Source: Auanema rhodensis
Taxonomy: Eukaryota > Animalia > Nematoda
Reading direction: 5' to 3'
NCBI GenBank assembly: GCA_964057225.1
Contig: OZ059896.1
Span: 16,740,001-16,804,000, forward strand
DNA: 64,000 nucleotides
Made by a program: the position numbers and the translations under genes. The notes beneath the pieces were generated by a model, which searched no databases, had not been told where the DNA came from, and saw only the letters and a program-made list of their open reading frames with translations. Shown here one piece after another: positions 1-14,157 of this stretch. Position 1 is the first letter of the stretch; each line of letters begins with the position of its first letter.

Positions 1-3000
1 AAGAGTGCTATACACATTCAAAGGTTCAACGGAATCATCAAAACATGTTATTGCCAAGTCAGGATACGAGCCGAACGACGAGCGTTTTGAGGGAAAGCCA
101 GTGCAACTGAATGATATAGAACAGAGAACATAGAGAAATAGTGAGTAAGGAAGTAAGTGATAGGAACAGATAGAGGAAACAAGAGAGAGAGAAAAAACGA
201 AGAGAGAGGAAGGAGAGTAAGAGATGGGAGCTCAGACGATCATTTGAAACAGAGAAAGAGTTCCTGTAAGCTGACATAACTGAAGAGAAAAGGGGAAAAT
301 AGGGAAATATCAGAGAATACATAGAGAAAAGACCTTTTGATATTTCAGTATAAACAAGCTCTTTACTAATGATCAGAGAGACCATTGGACAAGTTGAAAG
401 TTGCCCTTCTACAACGGATTAGGCTTCTCGCCATTAATTCTCAAAACCTCATCTATTTTTCCAGCAGTTTGCACTGAATGAACGTATTATATCTGAACAG
501 TATTTTCAATAATAGATATATATCTAATACTGCTCTTTAACTATTATTAAAGAATAAAATTCAAAAATAATATAGTGAAAAGGTACAGATAAGCGTTTTT
601 ATTATTTTCTGATTTCCCTCTAGTCACTGTTTTTTTCAAAAAAAAATTTTAAGGAATAGCTGAAGCATGTATGAACCGGATACAAAAATGTTTTTTCCGG
701 ATAAAATTTTTTTTTATTTCGTTATTATTTTCTAGCTCAGCTCATAAGATGCATCAAAAATGAAAGTTTTTCAAACTTTTCTATATTTTCTCAAACATTA
801 TTTGACCAAAGACTATGACTATATTGAGTAACAAATCAGAACAAAATTATGATCTCAAATATGATTTTTAATTATATTTTCTAATTTTATCATATAAAAC
901 CACTATAAGAGCAAGAAAACATTTCACATGTCCTATCTTTAATTATATTTATATACATATATGTATATAATATTTGAAAAAATATTAATTTAAACTAGAA
1001 ATACATATATGTATGTATATAAGTGTTTCAGGTGAACAAGCTTCAATTCAATAGCATTTTAGATTTCTCAGACTTAGTTGAATATGTCTGAGAAAGATAA
1101 TCCTTTTTACTATATATGAAAACAGGTATTTTTAGTTCATAATCAATTATAGACAGAGAATTACTTCAAAATGTCTCAAATAATTATAAAACAATTGAGA
1201 AATGAAGAGATTTCATCTCTATATATAAACTAAATATATATAGTTTAAACATTATTTATTAATTTGTTTAACTTTTTTTTCTTTGTAATTGAATCTGAAT
1301 ACTTTATATACTCAAGACATATTATCCTCAGAGTTACAGCAGATTTTTCTGATAGATTGTAAGATAAGAAAATAGAATTAAAAAGTTCAAATTGAACAAA
1401 TAAAATCAAAAAACTACAAGACTAATCTATTGATGTATACGGTGGCCTTATCTTCTTCTATCATTCACTTTCTTTTATTAAGAAGTATATTAAGAATTTG
1501 ATATTTTTTTTCTCATTCAAATCAGCATTTGCTAAGTTTTTAATCTATATTTGGACTGATTGACGTATTGAGCTGTACAAAAGTCTTCTAGACGTTTATC
1601 ATCAATAATAGGTTATACAATAATATGTTTCCGTCAGATCTTTCATCAGCCTTCGTGAGTACAGATCAAACATGAATACATGCAAACTGTGTGGGTGGAT
1701 GAATATGAGTCAAGTATTCTATCCCTTTAGCTTATGGCGTCACTATTTTTGTATATGTTGCGAGAATAAGCTCTTAAAAAGCTAAAAGGAACCAGTTATC
1801 TTTAGAAAAGTGCTGAAGAACCTTGTAACAGCTGCTGGTTGTTTTTATCAGTTTTTACCGCTAGTATATTTCATTAAGTCTTCAGTAGCAGCAGCAGTTT
1901 CCCGCAGTCTCATATGATTTTCATCAAAAATTATTTTCTTCTTCAAAAATTCACCATTTTCTCATTACTATCTGGGCTATATTCTGTTCGAATTGCTAAA
2001 CAACATCGCAACTTGCTCAATGGATCATTTAAATATTCTGATTCTCAATAGCATCAAAGCACTAAAGTTCAGAACAAGAATGAAAGTGTAAGTGTCAGGG
2101 ACCGCGTTCAAAACTGCTGTTTCTATTATTGGTTATGTTCTATGCTGGCTGACTGGTTGGCTGTTTGAGAGCAACAGAATTATTTTTCAGGCCAAAAATC
2201 ATTGTTTCATTTGGTGAATGAAAAATAAATTGAAAACAGACATCACGATGGCTGATCTAAACATTAATAAACGATTATAAACCGTACACATTACCATGTG
2301 ATATTGCAATTCCGGCTTCATCACTAGTAAAGATAAAAGCTCCACCCTCTTATTTGGACGTTTATCTGTTCTTATCTGTACCGATATTCTAATTCTTTTA
2401 TTAGAAATATAATAGAATGTAGTGATTCGGCCAAATTGTCGTAGTTTTCACATTGAATCGTGATCATATTGTTCATTTTGCACAGCAATTTTGATAAGAG
2501 ATGTACAGAAAACTCTGACAAACATTGCTTTTGACGCCAAGTTATCTTCGACCTTTCCCCTCTCCCTCTCCAATTTTTTGGCAAATTTCTCGACTTCTCC
2601 AAGTAGCTACGATGTGTTTAATCTTCTGCCGTAGAATTTCGAACAAAAAAACTGAATATTTTTTAGTTTGCGCTTGTTTTTCTGTTTGTGGTTGGTTCGA
2701 GAATGCTGTAAGCAACTTAACAACATGATCGTAACGTTGTTTCAATTTTTGAAGTTACGCAGATGTCGTGATATCGAAGTATTGTTTGAACTGTGTATCT
2801 CTTCCGCGTTCTCAACATACAATCTATTTGAATCATGATAGATCATAAATTTCAAAGAGATAGAGAAAGATGATCAAACTAAATACATATTTCGTTCGTT
2901 CAGCAACTATATTAGCGATATCTAACTATGGTGTTCCTAGATTAGAAAAAAAAGATAAGATATTAGTTAAAACTAATACATGTGTGTTTGTATATCAGAT

Positions 3001-3529
3001 AGCAAAATGGCTAGAACAGAGTGGTTAAGATTTGAGAAAAAGAATATGCAAGAATATGATCATCAAAATTACACGAGGTATTAAAGATAGAGATAGAGAG
3101 AGATAGAGAGAGAGCGGGTATATTAGAGAGTGGGCGAAGAAAGACCAATGAGATCATCAAGTTTTGATAGTCAGTTATTCAACAGCGGCTGCGAAGAAGA
3201 TGCTATGTGTTGAAGGTAAGAAAAATGAATTTTTAAAAATATAAAAACGGTAAAAGATAGAGAAGAAATGATTTGTTTGATCTTTTGGGTTATTACAATG
3301 GAATTAAGAGAAAAAAAAATGGGAAAAATGAAATAAATAAAAGGTTCAACGAGGTGAACTTTTTTTTTCTCATTCCGTTATAAATAAGTAAAATTGAAAA
3401 TCAACTACTTCTGATATAACTTAAATTAGTAATTGAAATCAAAAAGCAATACCTAGTGTTTCAAAATTAGTAAAAATATAATTATATATTTTCTGTTTTA
3501 AAAAATAAAGAGAATTATATGAAACTAAC

Positions 3530-6371
3530 CATTGGGCAGATTGTAGTATTAGCACGTTTTCGGCTGATTGGCTTTAGATCATCATCATTGTCAGTTGGAT
3601 AAGACATTGTTTGAGAAGCAAGAGAAGCTTTACGCTCTTCTTCCTTCTTCTTCTTCTCAGCAGCACACTTAGCCTTCCAGATATCATAGGACATGACGGT
3701 CATGGCTCCAAGTGACATGCTTCGACTTTCGATTCCGGTACGCGTTGGGCTCTGAAAGCATGATGACATTCATTAAGCTGTTTTATTTAATATGAAATGT
3801 TTGATGAAAAATCATGGTTCTATGACAGTATATATGCTGATTGTGCAGGAATTTCGTGATGGATTTCATGAAAATAATGAGAGAGATCATTAGAACGATA
3901 CAAAGATAATAAAAGTAAAATGCTATAGCGAAGAACTGGGTTCAAGGAAGTCAAGGAAATTCTTTGATTTCTCTGTTCTCGAAAAAAAAAGAAAATTAAA
4001 GATCACAACGTTGTTGAAACTGTTTGAACTACATTCAACACTACCGTATAGAAAATGTATACAAATAGTTGTGAAACATATATAAAGATAAATTGAGTGA
4101 GAGAGAAAGAGAAAGAAAGAAGGGTGGGGACGCAGTACATTTGAGGTTACCCAATGATGCTACAATAAATTTAATTGAATAAAGATAATAATAAAAAAAT
4201 ATATATATATATATATATTTATCTTTATATCAATTATGAGCTTGAAAACTAATTTTGTAGCAAAGTGTTAATTTTATGAGAAAAAAATGTGTTTGATCAG
4301 CCTAAAAAGTAGAGTTTTCCTAGCATCAGCACAAAAAAACGAATAGAATAAACTTTGGTTCCTTTGATCAATGAAATTTGCAAACAAAAAAAAGAAAGAT
4401 CATTCCGTCCTAGTTGCTGGCTCTCTACGTAGCCTTGTGTTTGAACGATATGGGGAGGAGAAAATCAAAAAAAGGAGACGGAACTAATGACATATCACGT
4501 CATCGTAGGGCTATAACGACCATTTCCGGGACTTCGAGCATGAGCACACGTGGCAAATGGACCCGATGAGCTTTGATGATGGCAGAGAAGAAGAGAGTAG
4601 AGATAGAAGCATAGGAAATGAAGAAGGACATGATGGAAAGCTAAGCTATAGTCATGCGGAGATGTAGGTAAAGCTCAATATGTGTCTGATCAAAAAGAGC
4701 TAGAGATGAAGACATGAAAGCAGACATATAGAGTAATGTAGGGTTGAAACAGAACACATATCTCGTTCTAAATAAGGGAAGTATATGTGCAATATATCAG
4801 AAAAAGTATAGGAGAAACCTGAAGACCTATACTGATCATAAACATGTTCGAATGAAGCTAATGAGGACTAAGCTTAAGCGAAGCTTTAAAAATAGGTGAG
4901 ATAGATGATTAAAACTGGAAATCACCAAATTAAAAAGAAATTCAATTTATCATCGTCTTGAAAAGTCGATCTTTGGCTCAACATGTTCATATGAACGACA
5001 TAATAATGCGGGAATATACATATGTACATGTAAGCATGTAAGTCTCTCAATTTCTGCAACCTTTCTTTTCTCATATTCCCTTATATATCTATCTAACTAT
5101 ATATATATATATAGATATGTGTATAGTTAAAAATATATATTTTTGTACTTTTCAAATGATTAAGATAATATAGTACAGTTTAACATTATACTATGCAAGA
5201 CGCTTAACTATGCTCACATTTTCTAGTATATTATAACTGAAGTTCTTTCTATCTCTGTCTATTTCTCTCTTTTTCTCTCTCTTCCTATGTCCTTCTATAT
5301 GCTTCTTTAATTATAACATTTTGAGCAATGCTGTCATTGAAGTTTGAAATAGTCTCAGAAGGATTCCGAGAACTGTTAGACGAAAGTGGGGAGTTGAAAT
5401 TATTAATTTCTGATTTGAAAGTTATAGATTTACACTTAGTTAACAAAAGAAAATATTTGGATGACTGTGAAAAGTTTGACAAAAACGAGAGAGAGAGAGA
5501 GAGCAATTCAAAGATCTATAGAACTGAGCTTCAGGTAGTACTTAAGGTGATTCTTGTTGCTAAATCAGGAAACAAGCTTTCTAAAAAGCATAATAACTGT
5601 TATTGTTCCCTTTTGTGTTATAGAAAATGTGTATATCTAGAGATAAATGAACACTACAAATATATATATATAGTATATAACATATATATATTTGAACTCT
5701 ATTATATAGAATTTTTGAACTGACTAATCAGAATCAAGAGGGTGTACAGTTAAGGACATACAGAGGGCAAACACACATACATACACATAGAGATTGGTGG
5801 ACAGGATAAATGACTAGACAGGGAAAAAAGAAGAAAACGAAATAGACAAGAAGAGATCGATGCTCCGAAGGTCAGTGATCATGCAAACAAGAGAAACACG
5901 GAAATATCGGTTTTTGATTCGCTTCCAAAAGCATAAAGACAAAGGATTTGTATCCAAAATCATAATCAGCATTAATATTGGTTGTTGAACAAATAGTTAT
6001 ACGATATAAACAAGAATAAAAATACTTTTAAAAGATAAAACGTACACTGTCGGAATCCATCTCGGCTTCAGTTGATGAGGTAGTTGCTGTTGAAGAGCTG
6101 GATATTTTGCGTGAGCTCACTGAAATAATTAGAAATATAAATGTGTTTCCGTACATGTTATTCGATGTTTCATCATCAGTTTGAAAAAAAAAAAAAGTTG
6201 GTTGAAGCATTGATTTCAATATGAATTTGAAAATTATATTAGTCCAATAATAAAAAAATGAAATGAACCTATGAATTTGGGACTGTAACAGTTGCCATAT
6301 AAACTAAAGATCTTTGACTGTTTAAAATGGAGTTAGGAGGAGCAGAGTGAAACAAATATATCATAGATAAT

Positions 6372-6423
<52 letters not shown>

Positions 6424-9400
6424 TAGAGATTGTAGTTCATCATAAATAGAATCAGTTATTGGTACATGACTAAGAAGTGAAACAACAAAAAAAGCCAAAA
6501 ATTAGATTTTGCAATAACATGCATGATCAGTACGGTATTTTAGATAAAAAGTAAAATTGGCTGTTGAGAATCTTTTTGAGAGCTAACGAAGACAAACATT
6601 TGAAGTTCATTCATGAACTTCTTACGTTGTTCTGTTTGACTGATTGCCCTGTTGGAAGGATGGCCTGACTGATTCAGTTCAACAATTCATAATCAACAAT
6701 GAAAAGTCTGTCTGAGTCGAGGAAAGTTCAAATGGGACTGATATTCGTTGCGTACTTTCAAAATGTTCTGAGGAAAGATAATCAAATAATTGAATGGAAT
6801 AAGAAAGATATAAAGTGTTTATATGAAAAGTTTATGATGGACGGTATAAGAGGGTAGATTAGTTGTTTGGAGGTAGGAAGTAAAATTTCTCCTGAAGGCG
6901 TGACATTGTGATGCGGTGCTGATGACCCTATGACAGTTTTGTTTGCAAATGACATCACCGCTGGCACATTTTGATAACATAATTAGAAATATCCATTCTG
7001 AAGAAGAAAGGGGAGCATAGACCGGAAAATGAGGAATACTGATGGTTAAGAACAACAGCGGCAAGGGGCGATGAAGATGTGAAAATGAGGGAATTAGAGA
7101 AAGAGAGAAACCTTCGACGGGTGCAAAGCAGGGTGTTGAGATGACAGAGCTGGACAAGTTATAGAAATTTGAAACACAAGTACTCAAAACTTTCGCAACA
7201 AAACGGGAAATTAAAATGTATCGAAAAACATTCGGAAATGCAGCTACAGGAAGGCATCAACGACGACGATTGACTAAATTTGGACGCATTTGCAATATGT
7301 GGCCAGAGAGAACATATTTGCTTCTAATTTCAATTTTAAGAAAGAGCAATTACGTTGTAAGACTACAAAATATGTTTAGTTGTAAAATTATGTGTATATG
7401 ATCTCTTGGAGCAGTTCATATACGCCTGCTCTCAATTTGATTCTGTTTCTGAATGTGTCGTTGGTTTTGGTGGCATGCTTGGAGCATTCAAAGGTCATTT
7501 CATCAAAAATACATTCAGATTAGGGAGTGGTATCTGGTATAAGGAGAAAATGTTTTTGGAAATCTTATTGAAAATCGGGATGAGATTTGAGAGTTAATAG
7601 ATGAGAAGAAACAATTGGAAGATCAAGTAATATGCGCACTTGTCTGGTAAGGAACTGGACGTCGAAAACAGTGTGAGGAAGCCATGAAGGGAGAGTTAAT
7701 AGCTTCTGGATCGACCATTCCGATTTTACGTCGTAGCATGATTAGGTGAATATTTCAATATACACGTCGTTTACACCAAATAGTTGAAGATCCAGCTAGT
7801 TTTGATTAACAGGAGCCTATATACTAATAGAATAAATGCTTTTAATATACGGAATATTTGTCAAAATGTCGAAAAAGAGGAGAAAATGAATGAATAATAA
7901 GAAAAAATAGAGTTCTCAAATGAAGAATCGTTGGCAAGACTGTACAGTTATATCACATGAGCTGAAAGACAGCCACGTAATGAGGCAGAAGAGATTTGGA
8001 ATGAAAGAGAAACAGAGGAGAAAGGATGGATAGAAAGAGGAAAACGAAAAGAGCAGGCCGCCAGCTTCGCTTACTGCCTGGTAGGCTGACGGGGCTGGCT
8101 GGTCTGATGTGGTTGTATGTGTATGTGTGGACCGCCTTCTTTCACTTTCACTCTAGACCGACTAGGCCACCCCATTCGGAATCCTCTCGTTCTCTATCAG
8201 ACCCTGAAAGAACACACTTTCCGGTAGATAGACTCACACGTACATGAGAAGTGATGCTGAGGGAAGTATCGAGAATAAGAGGAAGCGAATATGAAGAGTT
8301 TAGATGATTGAAAGAACGAAGATAGAACTTCAAGTTGTTTCTCGAATCCTTATCTTCTCCTAGAATCTACAATTCATAATTCTTATACACAGTATAACAA
8401 GAGAATATGAATATCCGAGTTTTTCGAATTCCAAGATGGCAGTCAAATAATTGACTTCTTCTACTTTTCAGACGTGAATTACATCTACTTGGCTGATAAT
8501 CTGATCAGAAAAATCTCGAAGTTAGAAGAACGATAGAAACATACACACACAATTACAAGTACTCATGATACTGAATTGTCTACTCAGGCATATCGTTTCT
8601 CACAACTTTCAGTTAATGTTGTACGTCGTCTAAATCACTCTAAAGAGGCTCGTCCTTCTCTCTTATTCGTTCGATCTTCCAGGTCTCTCACTGTATTCTC
8701 TTCTATCTATGCATCGTTTTTCACAATCAATTTAGCTTCCTCTTCTCTCCTGTTTCATCTATTCAGTCATCCATCCTTTCTTCGCCTGCTAATGCTCTTT
8801 GGTTGTGCTTTCGACTGTTTTTCTCGTCGGACGACGATGTCGATGTCTATTTTTCCGTTCTCCACGCCGACACACACATACATACACACGTTTCACTTTT
8901 CTTTTTTTCTTGCTTTCGCTCAGAGAGCCATTCTGTTTTGCCTGCTTCGCTTCCAGCTCTCTACCTCTCTTACTCTGCTTTGGTCTTTCCTCCCCTCCCC
9001 CTCTCCTCTATATTTGTGTTGCACATTGTTATCCATTATACTTGTTTTGTACTATAAACATGCGATGGAAACTGAACGGGAACAGCAATGGCAAGACAGA
9101 ATGAAGAATGAAAAGAGATCAGACGAACTGAGAGACGACAAAGTACGTAGAGTGCGACAGAGAGCAAGCTGTACTGAGAGGGAGAGCTGGTTAAACAGAT
9201 GTATGAAAAGAGAGATTGAATGCTAAGCCTTCAGCAGTCGCACTTTTCAGTTACTTTCAACTGCAAAATAGCATCTAGATCAGTCAGATCGACGAACGTC
9301 GACCAACAGCCCTGGTTGGACGGAAACAAGAAGCTAGAGTACTATGAATCGAGAGACATATAACGCCAGAAAAAGACCAAAACAGCCCGTCATCGAGGTT

Positions 9401-12217
9401 GTCTACTGTACTTTCCTGAGAATACTGAGAAGAGAAAAAGAATAAAAGAACAGAAAAGCAGAAAAGCAGAAGAAGCGAACTGCAGAGGCGAAAGAAGAAG
9501 GAATGATTTGGAAAGTAGAAGTAAACGAGGGAGATGATGGAGGGAACTGAATGAAAAGAAGGGGATAAACAATAAAACGAATAACTTCGTTTTTCTCTTC
9601 AACCATACCTTTCAATTCTTTTTCTTTTTCATAACTCATGATGAAATATTTGAGGATATCCTCTCTTTTATGTTTTCCAAGCCTTCTGACTTTCATTGAG
9701 AACTTGAAACTCATTTTCTTCTGTTTCCACATTAGTTTTTACAGAGATCACTTTGCCCTTTGTTTGAACTGAATTTCTAGTCTAATTCATGTTAAATCTG
9801 TATGAACAACTAGACAATTCAATATAGTTTCATTTAATCTTAACCAAATCAATAAGAATGTGAAACAAATTGTTCCGGATAGTCGTGTGACTAGCCTCTT
9901 AGAACTTAGCCTCACAAACCTATCCAACAAAATAAAAACAAAGTTCTGGTAATATTGAACTTCCTCAAACCAACTAATTACTCAGTCAGGCATGATTTCA
10001 TAGAATCAACAACAAAAATGTAGCAGGATTCGTCTCATTCACGTGGACAAGCAAATAGAAGGCACATGAATTTTATTCATGGATTTTGCAACATTTTCGA
10101 AGTTTTCGTCGCTAACTCTTCCTCTATTCAATCCACTTCATTCATGCTGATGTTGTCGTTTTGTCTTCGTTTTCTCCTTTTCACTATTTTTTCTATTTTG
10201 TTAGAAAACTTGAAACAAATATCACCTCCACTTCTACTTACACAGTATAAGGTTATTATAAGTTATTTCTTGGCCTTATAGTAAACTTGATAAGAAGTAA
10301 AGTAATAAGCTAGACATTGTACCATATAATTTGATGATAATAAGAGGAAGAGAAGAATAGGTTGAAAAAGAAAAAGAAGAAAGAGTCAATGAGTTTACAT
10401 GTACCAATCAAAAAATATTTTTTCAATAGAGTACATATCTTACTAGCTAATAAGTTGTTCCTAATTTCTCAATTTGATTGTCACATACTCCATCCGCATA
10501 ATTGCGAGTCAAAATCAGAAATGTTCATCTTCAAATATGTTTTGATTGGCACAAAGTAAATTAGTGTTAAGATTGCTGATCATATTTCCTTTCTTTCTTT
10601 TTCTCTCTCTTCATTTCTTTTATTCTCTCTCTCCATCCTATTCTAGCTTTCTCTCTCTCTCTCAGCATGAACAAAAATGCTCATCATTGACTTTTGTGAA
10701 AATCGCAGAAGGTTTTTAAGAATTTGAAATTAGATAGGCAGTGTGAGGGAAAAACAATAAAAATGGATAAAAGAAAGAGATAACATAAAAAATATAATAA
10801 TATAACAGAAATAAATGAAAAAAGAAAACTAAATCGACAGGAGGATGAATGAATGAGAAAATTAAACATTCATCATGTTTAACTTCCTTATTTTTAATTT
10901 AAAAAATGTGAAAAAAGGCGTGAAAATGCTAAAAATGTGATTTTTTAGGAGAAAAATATTTTGTCAAAACAAGCTATAACAGCTTTGAATAGCAGAATTA
11001 ATATATTAACTGTGGTAACAAGTTCAAACTATGCACACTCAAGCTACGAAATAATTCAAATGAGTATATTTATACTATATATGGTATATACATATAGTAT
11101 AAAACTCCGAGAGAAAAAGAAAGATATAATGCAAATATAGACTGGAAGAGTATTCGTAGAATATGGCCAGGTTCTTGCAAGAATTTAAAATTTGTTTGAA
11201 CGCTTGGAGGATATAAATGACGTGACCACTTGGTTCAGATGTGTTTCGTCTATTTTAAATTATATATACGATTGTGTTGAACGGTTGATCTCAGAAGGAC
11301 AAGTGCATTTTTGCACAAAAACAGTATTAATAGTCAAGAATTTCATACAATTCAATATCATTATTGAAAAGGTAGGGGAAGGCGATAATCGGAAGTTATA
11401 TTTAACATTTGGAGTTTCGAATCTGCTTTTGCTCTGCGAAACTCATCCTTTCCCTTTTTTCTTTGTATAATATTATATGATAAAACTTTAATTCATTTCA
11501 TCTTTGTAATCAACACCAACTTAAACCAAACTTGAAACCAGAAGGACGAACTTATTTTGCGTAAATTAAATACAACTTACTTCCACTACGGCTTTCTCGC
11601 TCTTGTCTTCGTTTTTCACATAATTCAGCAGCAAGTTTCAATTTATCCTTATTTCTCTTGCTGAATGATTTCAATCGTTTTTGATTTAATCGTTCACACT
11701 GAAAATCCATGACTTAGTTCAGATTTTGATTGATCTAATTTAGTTGAACTGTTTATGTTTTTTTTGTCAAATGACCGAAATGAATTGTTTTAAGGTATAG
11801 TCTATAAACCGAAATTATTTCAAATTCTAAAATAATAAATGATTAATAAATTAGAAAAAATATATAAATTATGAATTTTGCAGCAAGTTTAATAATTTTG
11901 TAGAGAAAATTAAAAATTATTAATTGAAATTCTTATTTAGTTTCAAATTGTTTAGTTCCAAGTTATAACTTCAAAATTATACTTACGGATTTGCATGTAC
12001 AGAGGATGTATGGACAATTTGGTGTGTGATTCTTAAGAACCACTTTTTCGCCGTGGCCTTCACATTTACGGCAGTAAAGAATACGTCCTGCGGATTGTGC
12101 TCCGGTAGTACTGGACGGTGAACCAAGAGGAGGATGATTCTCCATATCTGGATTACTCCATTCGCTAGCATTTGAAGGAGATTTAGACATCTCGCGAACC
12201 ACCTGTAGTGGTGTCAT
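3530..12217 (-). CDS. DM-domain (doublesex/mab-3 related, Dmrt) zinc-binding transcription factor, nematode dmd-7/8/9-like group; 3' end not resolved
   Basis: Four exons join in phase: 12217-11987 (MTPLQ...RILYCRKCEGHGEKVVLKNHTPNCPYILCTCKS), 11698-11581 (CERLNQKRLKSFSKRNKDKLKLAAELCEKRRQERESRSG), 6119-6046 (MSSRKISSSSTATTSSTEAEMDSDS) and 3751-3530 (SPTRTG...MTVMSYDIWKAKCAAEKKKKEEERK...RKRANTTICPM). All junctions are GT-AG. The C-x2-C-x2-H-x8-H-x3-C-x4-C-x-C-x2-C pattern followed by a basic helix is the DM motif. An in-frame TAA directly precedes the ATG. The exon downstream of the donor at 3529 was not identified. Confidence 0.9.
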
Positions 12218-12221
12218 TTAA

Positions 12222-12228
12222 CTGAAAA
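12222..12228 (-). promoter_or_regulatory. TTTTCAG 3' splice site 4 nt upstream of the DM gene ATG; probable SL trans-splice or 5'UTR cis-splice acceptor
   Basis: The minus strand reads TATTTTCAG|TTAA ATG ACA, a perfect nematode acceptor with no upstream coding exon in frame. Confidence 0.6.
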
Positions 12229-13057
12229 TATTATTTTAATTCTTTGCATGTATATGGTAGGAAGATGAGAAAAATAGCAGAAGAAGAAATATAAAGGTAG
12301 AGTGAGAGTTAGATAAGAGATACAAAGAAAAAAAGAATAATAGAAACATAAAGAAAAAAACAGAGAGTATATAGAATATAATAGAATGAATAGAGAAAAG
12401 AAGAGAAGATAAAGCTGAAAAAGGCATAATCAAGTAAAACAGTTAAATTGATAACAAAAAGCAAAAAAAAAAAAACAAAAATAATAAATGAATGAGCTAT
12501 TTGGGTGTTTGTAGATGCATCTACTTTTAGCTTGTTAATAATAAGTTTCATGTATGCTTTCTATATACACGTGTCATTATAGAATACTTACATATTCGAG
12601 TGTCATTATTTTCTAATAAAAAAGCTTTTCGAGTGTATTAGAGGTAAGAACATGAAATAAATAAAAAAAATAAGATCTATGAAGAAAGAGAGAAAGAGAG
12701 AGAGAGAGAGCGAAAGGAATATATCAATTTCCAAGAGAGATAATGAAAGATTGAGAGATTGTACATGCTAAATCTACAGTATATCTGATTTTCAGAAACA
12801 ATTCGATGAATACAGGTGATATTTTGATGCTGATGTATATATGTGCAACAGTGCTATGTTGACGGATAAAAAGTGAATATGTTTATTTTTTTCTATTTAT
12901 ATTTTGAATTTTCAGCTGCAAATTCATCCCAACAATGTTTTTGTGAGAATTTGAATTTTTGATTTTTAATTTATACAGATCATAAAAGGAGAAATAAATT
13001 CTACAATAAGATGAAGATAAGACAGACCATCAGCTGTAATCTGAGAAAAGATACTGT

Positions 13058-13086
13058 AGTCAGTCAGTCAGTCAGTCAGTCAGTCA
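13058..13086 (+). repeat. (CAGT)n microsatellite
   Basis: gtcagtcagtcagtcagtcagtcagtca. Confidence 0.9.
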
Positions 13087-13987
13087 CAATCACACTCTTT
13101 TAGCTCATGTCAAATTCTCTCATATCATCACTCTAGTTATGTTTGTATGATGAAATATGTTGGAAAATCTGTCTTTTATATTCATTATCTTTAAAGGAAA
13201 AAGTGGAAAAAATGAAAAAAAGGCTGGTGAATCTTGTGATCTATATCCACAACCCCCAATAAGCTGTTCTTCCCCACTTCCTCTCTCTTCTTACATTCAC
13301 TTCATTAATAGTTTACCGTAATGATTTGTTTGAATATAGAAATATATAGAGAAAAAAACAGTTAAATTTGAAAACATTATCATCTAATAAGCATAAACAT
13401 AATTACTTAGCGACAATAAAACACGATTGAGGATAAGCTTCATAGTTATAACTTTGAGGAGAAACGGGCTCAAACACAAATTATGGATAATGATGTTCAA
13501 AAACGAAACGTTGCAAGAACAGGCAACTGTTGTCTGATTCTTCAAGCAACTGATGACATAGAATATGATTCTGAATGATCTGTATGATGTCGATTGTATC
13601 TTTAAGAAGCCAAGTTTAGGTACAAAACATGATAATTCACTAAAAGTCAATGAAAGTCACGTATAAATAATAGGAGAATTGTGAAATATCTTCGATTTAA
13701 AGAATAATCATTGAGTTGAGATATATAGAAGTGAGTCAGTTCGATTCATAAACTTTTTGATATCTCAGAAAAGTCACGTTCGCAATCAAATATCTAATTA
13801 GCTGAGAAAAAAAAGATGAAAATTTCTTAGGGTTCTCAGGTACTCATCTTTAGGAACAACAGGATGGACACAACGTGGTTGATTGTAGAATGAGGAAAGA
13901 AGATGAACTTGAAACAAGAAAAAAAAGAAAAAGAGAAGGAGAGAGTAAGAGGATGATGACCGTTCAGAAAAACAAATTAAAAGGAAA

Positions 13988-13999
13988 TAGAGAGAGAAT

Positions 14000-14036
<37 letters not shown>

Positions 14037-14105
14037 AGGGGGAAGGAGAGAGGGAGAGGGGGAAGGAGAGAGAGAGAGGGGGAGACAGAGAAAGAGACAA
14101 AAAAC

Positions 14106-14155
<50 letters not shown>
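13988..14155 (+). repeat. (GA)n / purine-rich microsatellite, the largest of many between 3 and 27 kb
   Basis: Read directly. Similar tracts occur at about 6375, 12690, 15395, 15840, 16548, 18095, 21511, 22305 and 22937. Confidence 0.95.

Positions 14156-14157
<2 letters not shown>

Noticed and set aside
409-473. Candidate fifth DM-gene exon after a CATTCAG acceptor
   Set aside because: The protein-like frame is phase 1, but the upstream donor at 3529 is phase 0, which gives only CKLLEK*. It is unsupported without cDNA.
2542-2745. Minus-strand ORF as a further DM-gene exon
   Set aside because: No in-phase acceptor/donor pair was found.
8576-9226. 216 aa ORF, the longest in the track, antisense within the DM intron
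   Set aside because: It has a non-ATG start, low-complexity F/S/L composition from pyrimidine-rich DNA, and no recognisable motif.
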